The notes beneath the pieces were generated by a model that saw only the letters and a program-made list of their open reading frames with translations, made no database searches and was not told the DNA's origin. Positions 1-11,910 of a stretch of DNA of 64,000 nt are shown here, one piece after another. Position 1 is the first letter of the stretch; each line of letters opens with the position of its first letter. Source of the stretch: Ginglymostoma cirratum (Eukaryota); NCBI GenBank assembly GCA_024137785.1, contig JAHRHZ010000282.1, forward strand, positions 557,138-621,137, in the 5' to 3' direction. A program made the translations under genes and the position numbers.

Positions 1-1359
1 TAATTGCCTTTGTTTCTACCTATTACTATTCTGTCTCTTCCTCGATATGACTTGCTTTCCCTCAAACTGAATGCATTTACTGTTGATGAAACAATCTTTC
101 CGCTAACAAAGTTGAAACCATAAGTACCTTAAAATATGCCTAATTTTCAGTTCACGAGAAATGCCTTCAAGTTTATGCATGTCATCAACTATTACTGTGT
201 GAAATTCCATGCTCATTATGGGATGTCACACAATTCAAAACTGCGATTTTTTTTATCGATTACTCTTTCATGGTACATAAGTATCACTGACAAGCAAAGA
301 ACCTGATTCCAATTTCTAATTTTCATTGATCTGTTTTGCTCACTATCCTATTTCAGAGGACAGTTTACAGTCAGGTACATTCCCGTGAATTGGTGTCACA
401 TACAGACCAGGCCAGCTAAGGAGGCATTTTCCTTTCGTATTGTTGAACGATTCATTGAACGATTTTGTAAAATTACTACAATCGATAATTGTCATCATGG
501 TCACCGTTCCTGGGCCTATCTTTCATTTTAATAATGATTATATAAGGTAAACTGGTGCACCGTTTCCATTGGGTCTCATCTTGTCCCGTTGAAAGGCTGA
601 CATCAACAGTTACAATTTTACTCAAGAAGACTGAACACTAGGAAATTTAGTAGAGCGACTGAAATAAAACAGACTTGTTATCAGGGAGATAAACAGTCAT
701 GAAGACCTTCACCCTCATGGTTTCAGCCTGAACACCATGAAAAGAAAAAAGACAATGATCAGCATCTGTCCAGGCCTGGAAATGGAGAAGTTAAAAAAGA
801 AGTGGGATATTATTGACTGCCTCGGCACCAATTGCATTTTTTACATTTTCAGACAGTCGTAATTTGTAGAAGAGTTTCCTGATCTTTATTAAGTGATCAG
901 GGAGTACATTCGCGTGATCCCAGTGACTTGAGCCAGATGTTGTAGTCTGCCAGTCGTTGACCAGAATGCGGGATGGGGAGGGATTTGCTTGGCAACTTTG
1001 ATTCCTGCTCATTCTTCATCACTTCTTTTCTTTCCCTCTACGTTCATTTTTATGGAAATGATGGAGACAAGTTCATCGTGGATATGGGGGAAATGAGCCA
1101 GGCATTGTTCTGGACATTGGAGAAACACAATGCTCGGGCATCTGGACTTATAGAGGGTCTGCGAGGAGACCATTGTGATTGCTTTGAAGGCGGGTTACTC
1201 TGTACTGGCTATGAGATGCAATGTATTGGATATAAGAGGAAGTCATTTATTTGTTGGAATAAATGGAGCTGCAGAAAAAAAAAACTAATGGTGTTCAAAA
1301 GTCCTGAAGGTAATGAAGGCTGATAAACTGTTTTTTTAAAAATATAAGTCAGATCATTC

Positions 1360-1985
1360 ATTTGAGTGGAACGTGTTTGGTGAAAATAGACAAATCCGCC
1401 ATAGTCGGCTGAAATTTTCGATTTAGTGAGCAGGTCTGTCGATTAGGGCAATGCAATTGACATAGACTACGTGGGTTTTAGCAAGCCACTTAAAACGTCC
1501 CTGCATGGGTGACGGATAGCAACGGTAACAGCCCATGGAATTCAAGGAAATTTGACTGTTTGGATCTGAAATTGGGTGAGGGACAGAAAGCATAGGTAAC
1601 GGTCTGGACTATTGTATTAACTGTGAGCTTGCTTTCAGTAGAGTTCCGCCTGTATCTGTGGTGGGAAACTTCTATTTGTGGCTTATATAAATGACATAAG
1701 CATGAATGTTAGGAGTGTAGATCAGTAAATTCGTAGATGAGATGAAAGCTTGTGTTGCAATAATTACTGTGGAAGATAATGTTAGATTACAGGAGGAGAT
1801 AAACGGGATTGTCAGATCGGCTGATCGGAGGTAAATCGTATTGAACCAGACAAGTATGAAGTAATACACATGAGCAGGAACAAACAAGACAAAGAACACA
1901 TGGTGAACCATAGGACACTGGAAAGCACTGAGGAACAGAGGGACCCTTGGTGTGCATATTCACTTGTTTGTTAGGGTGGCGGGGT
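1360..1985 (+). mobile_element. CR1-type LINE RT fragment
   Basis: Degenerate motifs DFSKAF.KV.HG, WI.NW, SKFVD..K. Confidence 0.7.
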
Positions 1986-2387
1986 AGGTTATGAGCATTA
2001 CAACTTCACCTCGACAACATAACTTTTTTAAAGTGATAGCATCGTCGCATGTGAATTTTTATTCAGCCAGCAGGTTGTCGAAACCTGAAAGTCACTATCT
2101 TCGAGGGCGGTACAGGCGAGAATCCGATAATATTTCAGAATTGTTAAGACATGTACTTGCAATGTCAAGTCACACAAGAATTTGGCCATGTGCTGGAGAT
2201 GAGATTAGAATAATTAAATGCTTGTTATTGAATGGCAAAACTTCAATGTCCCACTGGTCATTTTCTTGACCTATCGAAGTGTGTGATTCTATGACGCTGC
2301 ATTCCAAAGTGCATATCTCTAGGATTGTATGTCTGGTTGTGCATTATCCTGTTATTGTGTGCTTATTTGTGGGTACGAATGTGCGCA

Positions 2388-2390
<3 letters not shown>

Positions 2391-2425
<35 letters not shown>
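2391..2425 (+). repeat. (GT)n microsatellite
   Basis: Direct observation. Confidence 0.95.
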
Positions 2426-2427
<2 letters not shown>

Positions 2428-4131
2428 AGTGTGTGCACTTCTGCGCGCACGTTCGCGTTTGTATTTGTATGCCTATTTTCCTGTCCATATATGTTTTGGT
2501 GTCCCTGTGAGTATGTTACCGTGTGTGTGTGTTCCTCCATATCGTGTTGTCAGTCTGTCTCAGTATTCAGTTAGATACAAGTTCAGGATCAGAACTGTCC
2601 TTCTGGAGCGTACTTTAAATGATCTAAATTCTTTCCAGAAAAAAATGTTGGCAGCTTCAGTGGGAGATATATTGCCTGGAGGCATTATAATGAATTAATG
2701 AGGATCACTGTCTCTTGCCCTGATTCCTTCGCCTTATGATTCATGTTACATAGTGCCAAAATCTGATAGCATATCTTTGCAACTGCACTAGTGCGGGTTG
2801 AAAGTCACTAGCATTTCGATCAGAGAACAATTTAAATTGACAGCAGCATCAACTCATACACATGTCCAATGTGCAGTCTTTATTGTCACTCCTGGAAAAA
2901 AAAAACTGCCGGACTTTTATATGATGGAAGCTCTTCCATAGAAAAACAAAACACGTCAGGTTATGAAAAAGTGAACTGAAATGTCTTTACAAACTCGGAA
3001 GTTAGAAGAAACAGCTTTTTGAGAAGGTCTGAAGCTATTTAACATTGTAATGTTAACATGCTGTACTTTTGCTACTTGCAGAGCAGATAAAAAGCGGATA
3101 GAACAAAACCCTGTGGGATATCTGGCGTTGTTTGTTCCTCCTTCTTCTGCATTACATTTCAAAATCTTCATTCGAAAAGGGAAGAGAACAGAACAAGATG
3201 ATCATTGACCAAGTTTCTTCAGATTTGTATTTACAAGAATACTGGTGTACATTATGGTGAATTTAAAAGCAGAATATTCAAGAATGTGCAATCTAATCAA
3301 GCAGAGTCAGCAGAGCTACACTAAGGGAAAAAGTTGCCTCGCAAATTTCGTTGGATTCTTTTGGGAGAGAGCAAGCCGGATAGCTAAAACAGATGTCTAG
3401 AAGATGCAATATATTTGCATTTCTAGAAGATGTTTGAGAAGTTACCACACATTGGGTTACTTAATAATATAACAGCCAATGTTTTGGAGGCAGTACATTA
3501 GCGTGGAGAGCTGGTTTCCTAACTAATTGAAAATTAATGACACAATAATAACGACGCCGTCCGTTGGGATCTCTATCCTTCGTCATATCCTTTCACAGCC
3601 CGCCCTCTAGATTAGTGTAATCGCTGAATGCATGGTTTTATTACGAAACTCCATATAAGGTACTGCCACAATTAAATCATGCTCAGATTCTGCAATGACA
3701 TCCGTGTAGAAAGGATTTTATTACATGATGATTAACAATTAATCCTACAATGGACTAAAACGCTCGACTTCATTTCAATGAACTGGAATAGAATGTAACC
3801 TGTGACATAATTACTGTTTAATGTTCATGCTTAGTCATTCATCACAATTTGTAGTTCAGCGTCACATAGACATTCTTACATAAATACACAATATGCAAAA
3901 TTCAAGAACAGCTTGACTTTGACTAGAATAAAATTTGAAGTAATGCATGATTATTTTCCATAGCACAGATAATATCCAATAATGTCATACATGCTTTGGA
4001 GACCGGTTGAAGTCCCTTAAAATCAAAGCATTGCATGTTGTAAAAATTCTGCTGAATTCTGAAAGGGAAATGAGTGCATTTTTGGAAAATTACGAATACG
4101 AAAGAGATTTTCTTGAGCATCAGTGACTTAC

Positions 4132-4202
4132 CAGGAGCTGTAATAGCAGTGAGAATTGAATAGCAAATGATAGAAAAGAGGGGAAATGGCTGGCCCGAGC
4201 AT
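4132..4202 (-). pseudogene. Orphan GPR139-like exon 1 (frameshifted)
   Basis: MLGPAIS/LFSIICYSILTAITAP then GTAAGT donor, 71 nt against 70 nt for the homologous exon at 26609-26678. No exon 2 recognised. Confidence 0.55.
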
Positions 4203-7200
4203 CTTCGTTCAGAAACTGCAGGACGTTGTCATTGTTGTCATTGTGGAAGTTGGATTTTGCAACACATTTAAATGGGCCCTCATTTATTCTGCATGATGTG
4301 CTTGAGAGGGACAATTGCATTACAACATACAACTTACTTACAGCTCGATAGACAAAGAGATTAACTCACTTTATCACGTTTTTCAACAAGAAGAATGATT
4401 AAATTTGACTTTTGGAACTGCTTCGTTGTAATTTCCTTGGGTCATCCAACTGCACGAAAAATGGTGTTGAGTCTTTATCAATGGATCCACTGTTCGTAGA
4501 CACTGAGATGAGACCCCGTTTCAAAACTTTATTTTCCGTTTGTTAGTTCTGCCATCTGCATGTTTAATTTTGATTTCAAGCGTTAACTTACTTCAGCTTT
4601 TCCATTCGTTCTTATGTGTTTTCATCCTTAAAATTTTAACTTTGTTTGGACATTTCCGTAAATTTACAGCTGAACTATTGGAAAGCATTGTTTGCAAATA
4701 TGGGCGATTAATATGGTGGGGGCTATGAAATTAACTTTTGGTCCCGTTGAATCTGAAAAATCCTTCATTTATTCAGATTAATCACAAGTGCAGGAAGGTA
4801 TTCAATTGTTGAAGTTTTTGTTCAGAGCTTCTGTTGCAGGAACAATTGACCAATGCCAATGTTTGATATAACTAGAGAAACGTCAGTTTAATAAGTAACT
4901 TGAAGATGGCTTAAAAATATACTGCCAAGTGCATCAGCAACTAAGACTTGTTTGATGTAATGCAGAAAAGTTCGTATTTTAGTATGATAGCAAATGAGAC
5001 AAAGCCAACTACAGTGTTCTCAGGGACAGACGTTGTGAAACACGAAAAGCGACATATAACATTTCCGTAACAGTTAATACAGCTCAATGTGCAAGATGAA
5101 CCAGGGCACGGTCGAAACCAGTAAATAACATGTGATTGTATAGTGCCACCGACACGGTCTAGGCAAAAAGCAAATAAGATAGAGCCCAGTTTAATACAAG
5201 CAGAGACATGGTGTAGCTTATTGTAAACAAAGACAGGGTGTAGCATAATATAAGTGAAATAAGATAGAAATGATAAAGTGACGTGAAACATAAACAATGA
5301 TGCATATGCTACCGCATTAATTTATGCAGACTTCTGTCTCACGGAAATAAACAGATGGACATTTTGAGTGAAAACTCTGAAATGCCATAAGATGTGACAG
5401 AAACAGAGATAGAAGCTGATTCAGTAATCATTGTGATTTGATCAGTCGTTAGATAACCATTAATTTCTAAAGCCATTAATAAAATCATGTACATTTATTA
5501 AACGCGTGTTCAGTCTGCTCATCAAGGAGGCATGGACTAGTTCAGTAACAATCATGGCCTGGCGAAACAGTAAGAGGGACAGAGAAAACTTAAATATATA
5601 GTAAGTTAGATGGTGCACAACCACAGTTTGGATCCATTCAACGTTCTAACCCTGGCATTAACATTAATTCCAATAAGGAATTACAATTGTGAAAGAGATA
5701 GAGTTCGTACTATAATATTTAGTACAATGGAACATACGAACGAAGGCTCAGACGTAAAAACATATTAACGTGCTAGGCATTAGCAAAATAAAAATGAGTT
5801 CTGGTAACTCACTAACTAAGAAACAGCCACATGTATAATTCAAATAATTTGCGTTTGTTCCCAAAAGTATCAAGATCGATTCATATGCTAGGTGAAACTC
5901 ATCACGTTCAAATGTTCTCCAATTTTGCAGTGCATCATGTAGATTGTGCATATTCCTATTATTGAGTGTCTGTTATGAAGAGAGTGATCTTTTCTGTGTG
6001 CGGTGAACGTCGAGGTAACTGCTTTAAACAAAATGGCATCGAATGTCTTGAGTCTCATTGGAGTTCAATTCATTCAGGGAAGTGGGGACATTACATTAGC
6101 TACAAGAAGTTCAACAACTATTAAACGAATTGGCAGAGCCGGCTCGAGGTTGTAATGTATATCCGTATTTATAATTTTTAAGATAGTGCATGGTTCATTC
6201 TCCAACTGCAAAAAGGACCAGCAGCTATTAAGATCTTTCTAAAGAATTTGAAACCGTTGTATCGCTGTTCTTGAGAAAGCACGGAATGTGGAGGTGCCTG
6301 AATTTAAACGTTTTATATGATACACGGATTAAGTGAAGCAAATTCTGAAAATCGTTATTCTGCGTGACTGCACGACATAGAGCTCTCAATACCGAAGGTC
6401 GCCAAAAGAACATGAAGACATATTAAGAAAAATGTACTCATCCAAAGGGACATTATAACAGAAAACAACAACTGATATATGGAGAGGGTGGAACAGGGAT
6501 AATACTGTATGGAGAAAGGAATAAATGGGTACATGTCTCCAAATTGTTAATATATCACTATACGTAGAGCAGAGAGAGGCTCATGTGATGTATAAAAATA
6601 AGTGCTGTCAAATTTGGCAAATATCCTGTTCCTGTTCTGAACTAATGTATAATATGGAGTTCAGAGAAAGCTAGGCCCGTAGAACACGGGAGAGAATCAA
6701 ACAATGGATTGGAGGGAATTTCAGCTGTCAGAGACGCTGAGAAGGCAGTTCCCAGTGAGTAACAGTAAAACCACAGTGGAGCCTGCACAAACTGAGATCA
6801 ACTGACAGCTGAGAGACTTTGGGACAAGCTCCCACGGTGGCACAAACCACAAACAGAACATAGTAATTGTAGAAATACAATGAAATGAACTGTGGAATTC
6901 CAATTAATTTGAAATCAATGATGTCGAGCCTACTAATGGCTGAAAATAGAGAAAAAAACTGAAACACGAAAAGAACATTTCGTAAAGTTTTATTCTGTCA
7001 GAAGTATCTGTTTCTGATAGTCAGTGTTCAATTTAATGAATTTATGCTTTTGGCAAGATCTTCCTGGGAGCAGTGATAGAACGCAACTTGGTCATTCCTG
7101 GAAACATGATTCTGGAAATTAAATGTCTCGCCGATGTGGGAATGCTTACTTGAATTTTCTTTCTTAAACAAATAAGAAGTGAAAATTAAAATCATGAAAT

Positions 7201-7641
7201 CATACTACACAGAGCAATTTTATTCAGCTATGCATCTGTACCATTCCCATAAAAGTGGAAACCAATCAGTCCCCAAACCCTTGCTGTTTCTCAATAGTGC
7301 AACACAGATTGCCTGTTCCAATATTTATCCAATTAAAATACAAACGTTATTGATGAATATGCTCATAATACCCATCTCTTGTGTAAAATGTAACGCGCCA
7401 TCTTTACTGATTAATTTACATTAATAGTGTGTAAAGTCGTAGCAACATATATAAGACGTTAGTTTACAAGAAACACAGAATTCTTCCTATGAATAAGACG
7501 CTTATTCTATAGACAGTGGATTGCTAAACAATAGTTGCCATTTACTCACGGAGAGTTTGGCGTCAACCGATCCCGAACACCCTCCATCCGCAATCCACAA
7601 ACCCTGGCCTCAAAGTCCAGCTCTACAAACCTCTGCAAATA

Positions 7642-7984
7642 TGGTTTTGTACAGATCCTTCTGTGTCACTATTTCTGCAATCCCTACCATGTTCAGGTTC
7701 TTGTACAGATCTCTCCGTGGTCTGTACCACTGTGTGTCTGCAATTACACCATAATCTTTTTTTTTTTTAATACAACTCTCTCCCAGTTCTGTCTCACTGC
7801 ATTGGTAATCCCCACCATGCTCAGGTTCTTGTACAGCACACTCGTGGTCTGTATTACTGTGTGTCTGCAATCCCACCATAATCAAACTTTTATACAGCAC
7901 TCTGCCAGTTCTGTATCACTGCATTGGTAATCCCCACCATGTTCACGTTTTTGTACTGTTCTCTCCGTGCTCTCTATCTCTGTG
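7642..7984 (-). repeat. Tandem array of about 6 RSS-containing units (~60-65 bp period, alternating A/B types)
   Basis: RSS-like units at 7946-7984, 7885-7923, 7824-7861, 7763-7801, 7696-7734 and 7642-7673, separated by related ~21-28 bp linkers containing AATCCC(C)ACCAT. Confidence 0.85.
7946..7984 (-). other. 23-RSS of the supporting V-delta
   Basis: CACAGAG-ATAGAGAGCACGGAGAGAACAGT(23)-ACAAAAACG. Confidence 0.92.
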
Positions 7985-8294
7985 TGTGCCGAGATCCGAA
8001 TACTTGCGCAGTAATAAACAGCAGAATCAGCGTGTTGAATTTGAGAGATCATTAACCGATAGATTTTCGCCCCAGGATCAATAGATGCAGACACCCGTCC
8101 CCTCGCAGCATTTTCTTTATTCTTCTCTCCTGCAGTGTCTCTTTGAAGGAGATACTTCAGAGCCTGTCCTGGGGTTTGACTGTACCAGTAGAGTGAGTAC
8201 TGACAGAATCCTGAATATGTACAGCTTAGAGTAACGGTGTCACCAGCAGCAGAAGTTTGTACAGGCAGACCCTGGGACACCAGGGAACTGGAAT
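7985..8294 (-). CDS. Leaderless supporting TCR-delta V exon of NAR-TCR
   Basis: Acceptor CCCACAG at 8295. The phase-1 frame DSSSLVSQGLPVQTSAAGDTVTLSCTYSGFCQYSLYWYSQTPGQALKYLLQR...DSAVYYCASIRISA has canonical C/W/C plus a CDR1 Cys and is in frame with the J donor. No intact leader lies upstream. Confidence 0.93.
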
Positions 8295-8743
8295 CTGTGG
8301 GACGACACTGAACATTATTAATTATTCAGATACAGTTTACACAGGGAAATTGTAGTTAACCAAAAAATCGTTCTGATTTCTTTGACAGTTAACTTTGTCT
8401 ATAGTCCATTTGAACCTGTCCTCTTTTATCGAACCATAAACTGCTGAAGAGATAAGGTGACATTTTCTTTCATAAGTTGCCTTCGTATGATATGGAATGA
8501 ACTGCCAATACGATTGGTTGGAACTGATTGAACAATAAAATGGGTAATGGACAACAGATGAACAGGCAGAAAACGCAGGGCTATGGGGAGATAACAAATA
8601 CAGTAGAATCAGTTGAAATGAACTCTAAAGAGAACTGTAACCACACGACTGCTGAATGCTATCCTATATGATTCTGTGGTGTACTTTATATTTCTTGTTC
8701 TATTTACTGTGGTGAAACGCTAACCCGAGGGAACTTCTCATAC

Positions 8744-8803
8744 TCGTTGAGACTATTTACAAAAACAGCTGTCCAAAAGTAACCCAACAGAGATGTGCCT
8801 CAA
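8744..8803 (-). pseudogene. Probable decayed leader exon upstream of the supporting V-delta
   Basis: TTG in place of ATG, then RHISVGLL, a +1 frameshift, WTAVFVNSLN and a GTATGA donor-like site. It resembles the leader at 61454-61514 (VIGLFWTA). Confidence 0.45.
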
Positions 8804-10785
8804 TGCACACTAAGATCCAATATGAACGAAGTAATTGATCAGAACCAATTAGGTCAATCGTTTTCTAAACTTTCCTCTGTACATGAAATTCTACTAGATT
8901 TTCGATCTACTTGTTTGCTTTGTTTCTTTTTTTAAAATCAGATCCATTTGTTTTATGTTTGCTTCTAACGGTAATTATTTCAATTTAGTATTATTTTATT
9001 TCTGCATTTTCTTCGCCCCTTTTTCTTTTCTGGCGATCGTAGATACCTATCCCAGATGTCTCTCAATACTCGGTTGGGATCAGACTGCACTAATTGTATG
9101 TTTTTTTTTTGTTGCTCATTGGGAATCCACTTCCAGCTCTCTCTCAATTACAATTCCTCGCATCAATTTATTGACTCCTGGATATTCTGGATGGAGATCT
9201 TTATAGTTTTCTCGGAAAGCTGAAGATAAGGATAGTTCATTCTACCCAACCGATTTATGGCTGTGTATATAACTCAACGTCCACTCCCACGCGAACTCTA
9301 ATCAGCGTTATCTATTCCGTACGTTGAGTAGATGTATTTGGTTCTTCTTCAGTTTTCTGAAAACTCCATAAATGACTCAATGCATTGTTACATATTTAGT
9401 CTGTTTCGCGGCAAGTTCCACATTCCACCACGCTTATTGTTCACTTGTTCAAGTTCGTGAGTTGATTTGTTTCGTTAGTGAACATGATGTAATAATGGCC
9501 CTTTGCTCGTGGTTCAGTCTCATCCATCCCATTCACTAGATCATGGTATATAAGATTTCTATGAAGCCACATTGCACTTCTCTGTTTCTCTGGCAAGACA
9601 GCCAACTTTTAAACCCCCACTGTTTTCTGAGGTCCAGAATGCCACAGACTCAAAGCAATTGTTTGATTGAATTATTTGCTCTCATCCCAATTCTATGTCC
9701 TAAGCCTTAATCTCTAAGTGTGGCCACTGTATGGACGTTTTATTCTCGAGTATATTGCCCCAGATGCCTATCCCTTAATAATCGTATATGTTCAAATTAG
9801 ATCACTTTTCCTTCTTCTAAGCGCTATGTTATGTAGCTTAGACTTCACAATCGCTTCACAAAGGACAACAACTTTATCTCAGGAGATTGCCTGATGAATC
9901 TTAGCTGCACTTGTTCCAAAAAAAATCGATTAGAGAGGAGACGTTTATCCACCATTTCCTTCTCTATATAAAGCTCACTCTGGTGAGGATTGTCTCTTCG
10001 ACAATGCCCCAGAAATTGTGACATATTCCTCTCCCTTTTGATGTATCACTTCTTGCTGGTTCTAAATGGGCATTCTCCCAGTTTGCATCTTTTCCCTTAA
10101 GCAGTTACCTTACAACAAATTGATACCTCAAAACATCTACATTTTAAAAAAGTGCTTACAATTGCACATTTAGGTCTGAGTTTGGAAAAGTGAGAAAATG
10201 GTTCGTTATATCAAGACATATATGAAAGTTGTGTAAAGAAATGTCAAGCCAATCATTCTTATCACAGGTTCCCCAAAAAGGAAACTTCATCAAGGCATAC
10301 AATTGGATCTGTTAGAATTGACTTTCGATGAATGATGCTTCCAAATTTCTGGTCAGACAAAAATTTTTTTGTAACTTTTCAATTCCGGGGCCTTATCTGG
10401 ACTTCAAGATTTGCTCGGTACAGTACTTTGTGTGCCTCTTCCCGTGACCTAAGCAGTCCTCAGTCACTGGTAAAGTCTTGAATTACCTGGTGTCGTTAGT
10501 GTTCCTAGTGTCGGCACTCTCCACCATATTGATGGGGTCCCACTACTGACCTGTAAAAAATGTCCCAGGTGCATTGACACTGCCGACTTTGAGCCCGGCG
10601 TGACAATACTTTCTTCGGGACAAATCAGGACTCGACTTCCCTATTCTGCAAACTATTTGGAAACTGTGACAGAGCCGATTACTTCCAAAAGTTTTGTTTC
10701 AATTTCTTTGCAACTGAAGGTCATAATAATAAACTGAACATTAACTGACACAGTCTATAACAAGGTGAAGTGAAGATTCACTTAC

Positions 10786-10874
10786 CAGCTGTGACAGTCA
10801 CCACCGTCCCGGATCCATCTACATAGTAATAATATCACAGTATTGCTCCTGTCAGCTTCCACTGAACAAGAACC
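10786..10874 (-). CDS. NAR-TCR J segment (coding 10835-10786, YYYYVDGSGTVVTVTA) with 5' 23-RSS
   Basis: GGTTCTTGT-23bp-TACTGTG, then a GxGTxVTV motif and a phase-1 GTAAGT donor at 10785. Confidence 0.93.
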
Positions 10875-11187
10875 AATGGGACCTCAAAGTGTTGAGAAAT
10901 TATTTGCACGCTGCATTATCAATCCAATTATTCAGGATATTTACATAAGTATCAACATTCGCTGTCTCCAAGTTTTCTTTGGTTCAAGTTCACCCCCTGA
11001 TTTTCTTTTCTGTCAAATGTTGAAAGAGCACGGGGGTGCATATCTTCACTTCATATACGGGGAGAAAAATCAAACAATGAAATTAATGGCTATTGGATAG
11101 TCAAAAGATCAACCCATACCACAGCGAAGGGAACTTCAAGCTGGCTATTGACTATTGGGCCGGAGATCTTATTTTTTATTCGGCAGA

Positions 11188-11259
11188 GGTATTTGGTAGG
11201 GCTCCTTTAACTGTGCCTTCTCCCAAAATTACACAGCATTACAAGTCTGTGTAAAACAT
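11188..11259 (-). other. NAR-TCR D segment (core 11216-11231, TAATTTTGGGAGAAGG) with 12-bp RSS on both sides
   Basis: Minus strand reads ATGTTTTAC-12bp-TGCTGTG [16-nt D] CACAGTT-12bp-CCAAATACC. It lies between a 23-RSS V and a 23-RSS J, as the 12/23 rule requires. Confidence 0.85.
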
Positions 11260-11575
11260 CCCTGGACTAGGTGAGATTTGGGACTTCACAGATGGACTGG
11301 AATTCCTAATTCCAATTTGCAGAACAGGATCACAACTCACGTCAGTGTCCTTTAACTGTAATCAGTCTTTCTTAACTTCCATTCACCCACGCCAATCTCG
11401 ACAAAGTCATCACCGTCCAAACACACTTGTCTTCTGTGAAAATCAAGATGCTGTTGACAATAATGCAGTCGAATTATAAACTGGACTGTGAGTCAGAAGC
11501 TGTGAAGCAGAACTGTGTGAATTTCCGGCAGATTAACTCGGTTTTCAATTTGTTTTTGTAATAATCTCCAGAGAG

Positions 11576-11614
11576 AGTTTTTTGAACAGCGAGAATCTGA
11601 GGCCTATCACTGTG
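11576..11614 (-). other. 22/23-bp-spacer RSS of the NAR V
   Basis: CACAGTG (11614-11608) + ATAGGCCTCAGATTCTCGCTGTT + CAAAAAACT (or a 22-bp spacer with TCAAAAAAC). Confidence 0.9.
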
Positions 11615-11910
11615 TATGTTATACCAGTACTGAGCTTTACAGTAATAGGTCGCGGTGTCTTTAACTTTGACGTCACGAATTTCCAACGAAAATGTCTTTT
11701 CCCCTTTATTTGTGGACATAATAAATCTCCCACCGCCAGAGATCCGCTCCCATTCCGTCGTTCCCTGTATTTGTCTGAAGAATTGACCACTCTCAAAATA
11801 ATAGTCATAGAAAAAATGGTAATCATTAAAAACACAGGTGATTGTGAGCGATTGACATTCCTTCCTGGTCACTGTTGTTGGGCTTTGTGTCACTGACTGA
11901 CAGAAAGAAC
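11615..11910 (-). CDS. IgNAR-like V exon of NAR-TCR (membrane-distal V)
   Basis: Open frame QSVTQSPTTVTRKECQSLTITCVF...FFRQIQGTTEWERISGGGRFIMSTNKGEKTFSLEIRDVKVKDTATYYCKAQYWYNI. It has both canonical Cys, the IgNAR-type FR2/CDR2 deletion, an extra FR1 Cys (RKEC), and a following RSS. Confidence 0.93.

Noticed and set aside
4941-5297. ORF containing IYWFRPCPGS resembling V framework 2
   Set aside because: No YYC motif, RSS or convincing splice acceptor.
7642-7984. CRISPR-like repeat-spacer interpretation of the array
   Set aside because: The context is vertebrate, the spacers are homologous to one another, and the units match RSS consensus.
10487-10550. AG/GT-bounded 64-nt mini-exon in the J to supporting-V intron
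   Set aside because: Length is not a multiple of 3, and it has a TAG in the J frame.
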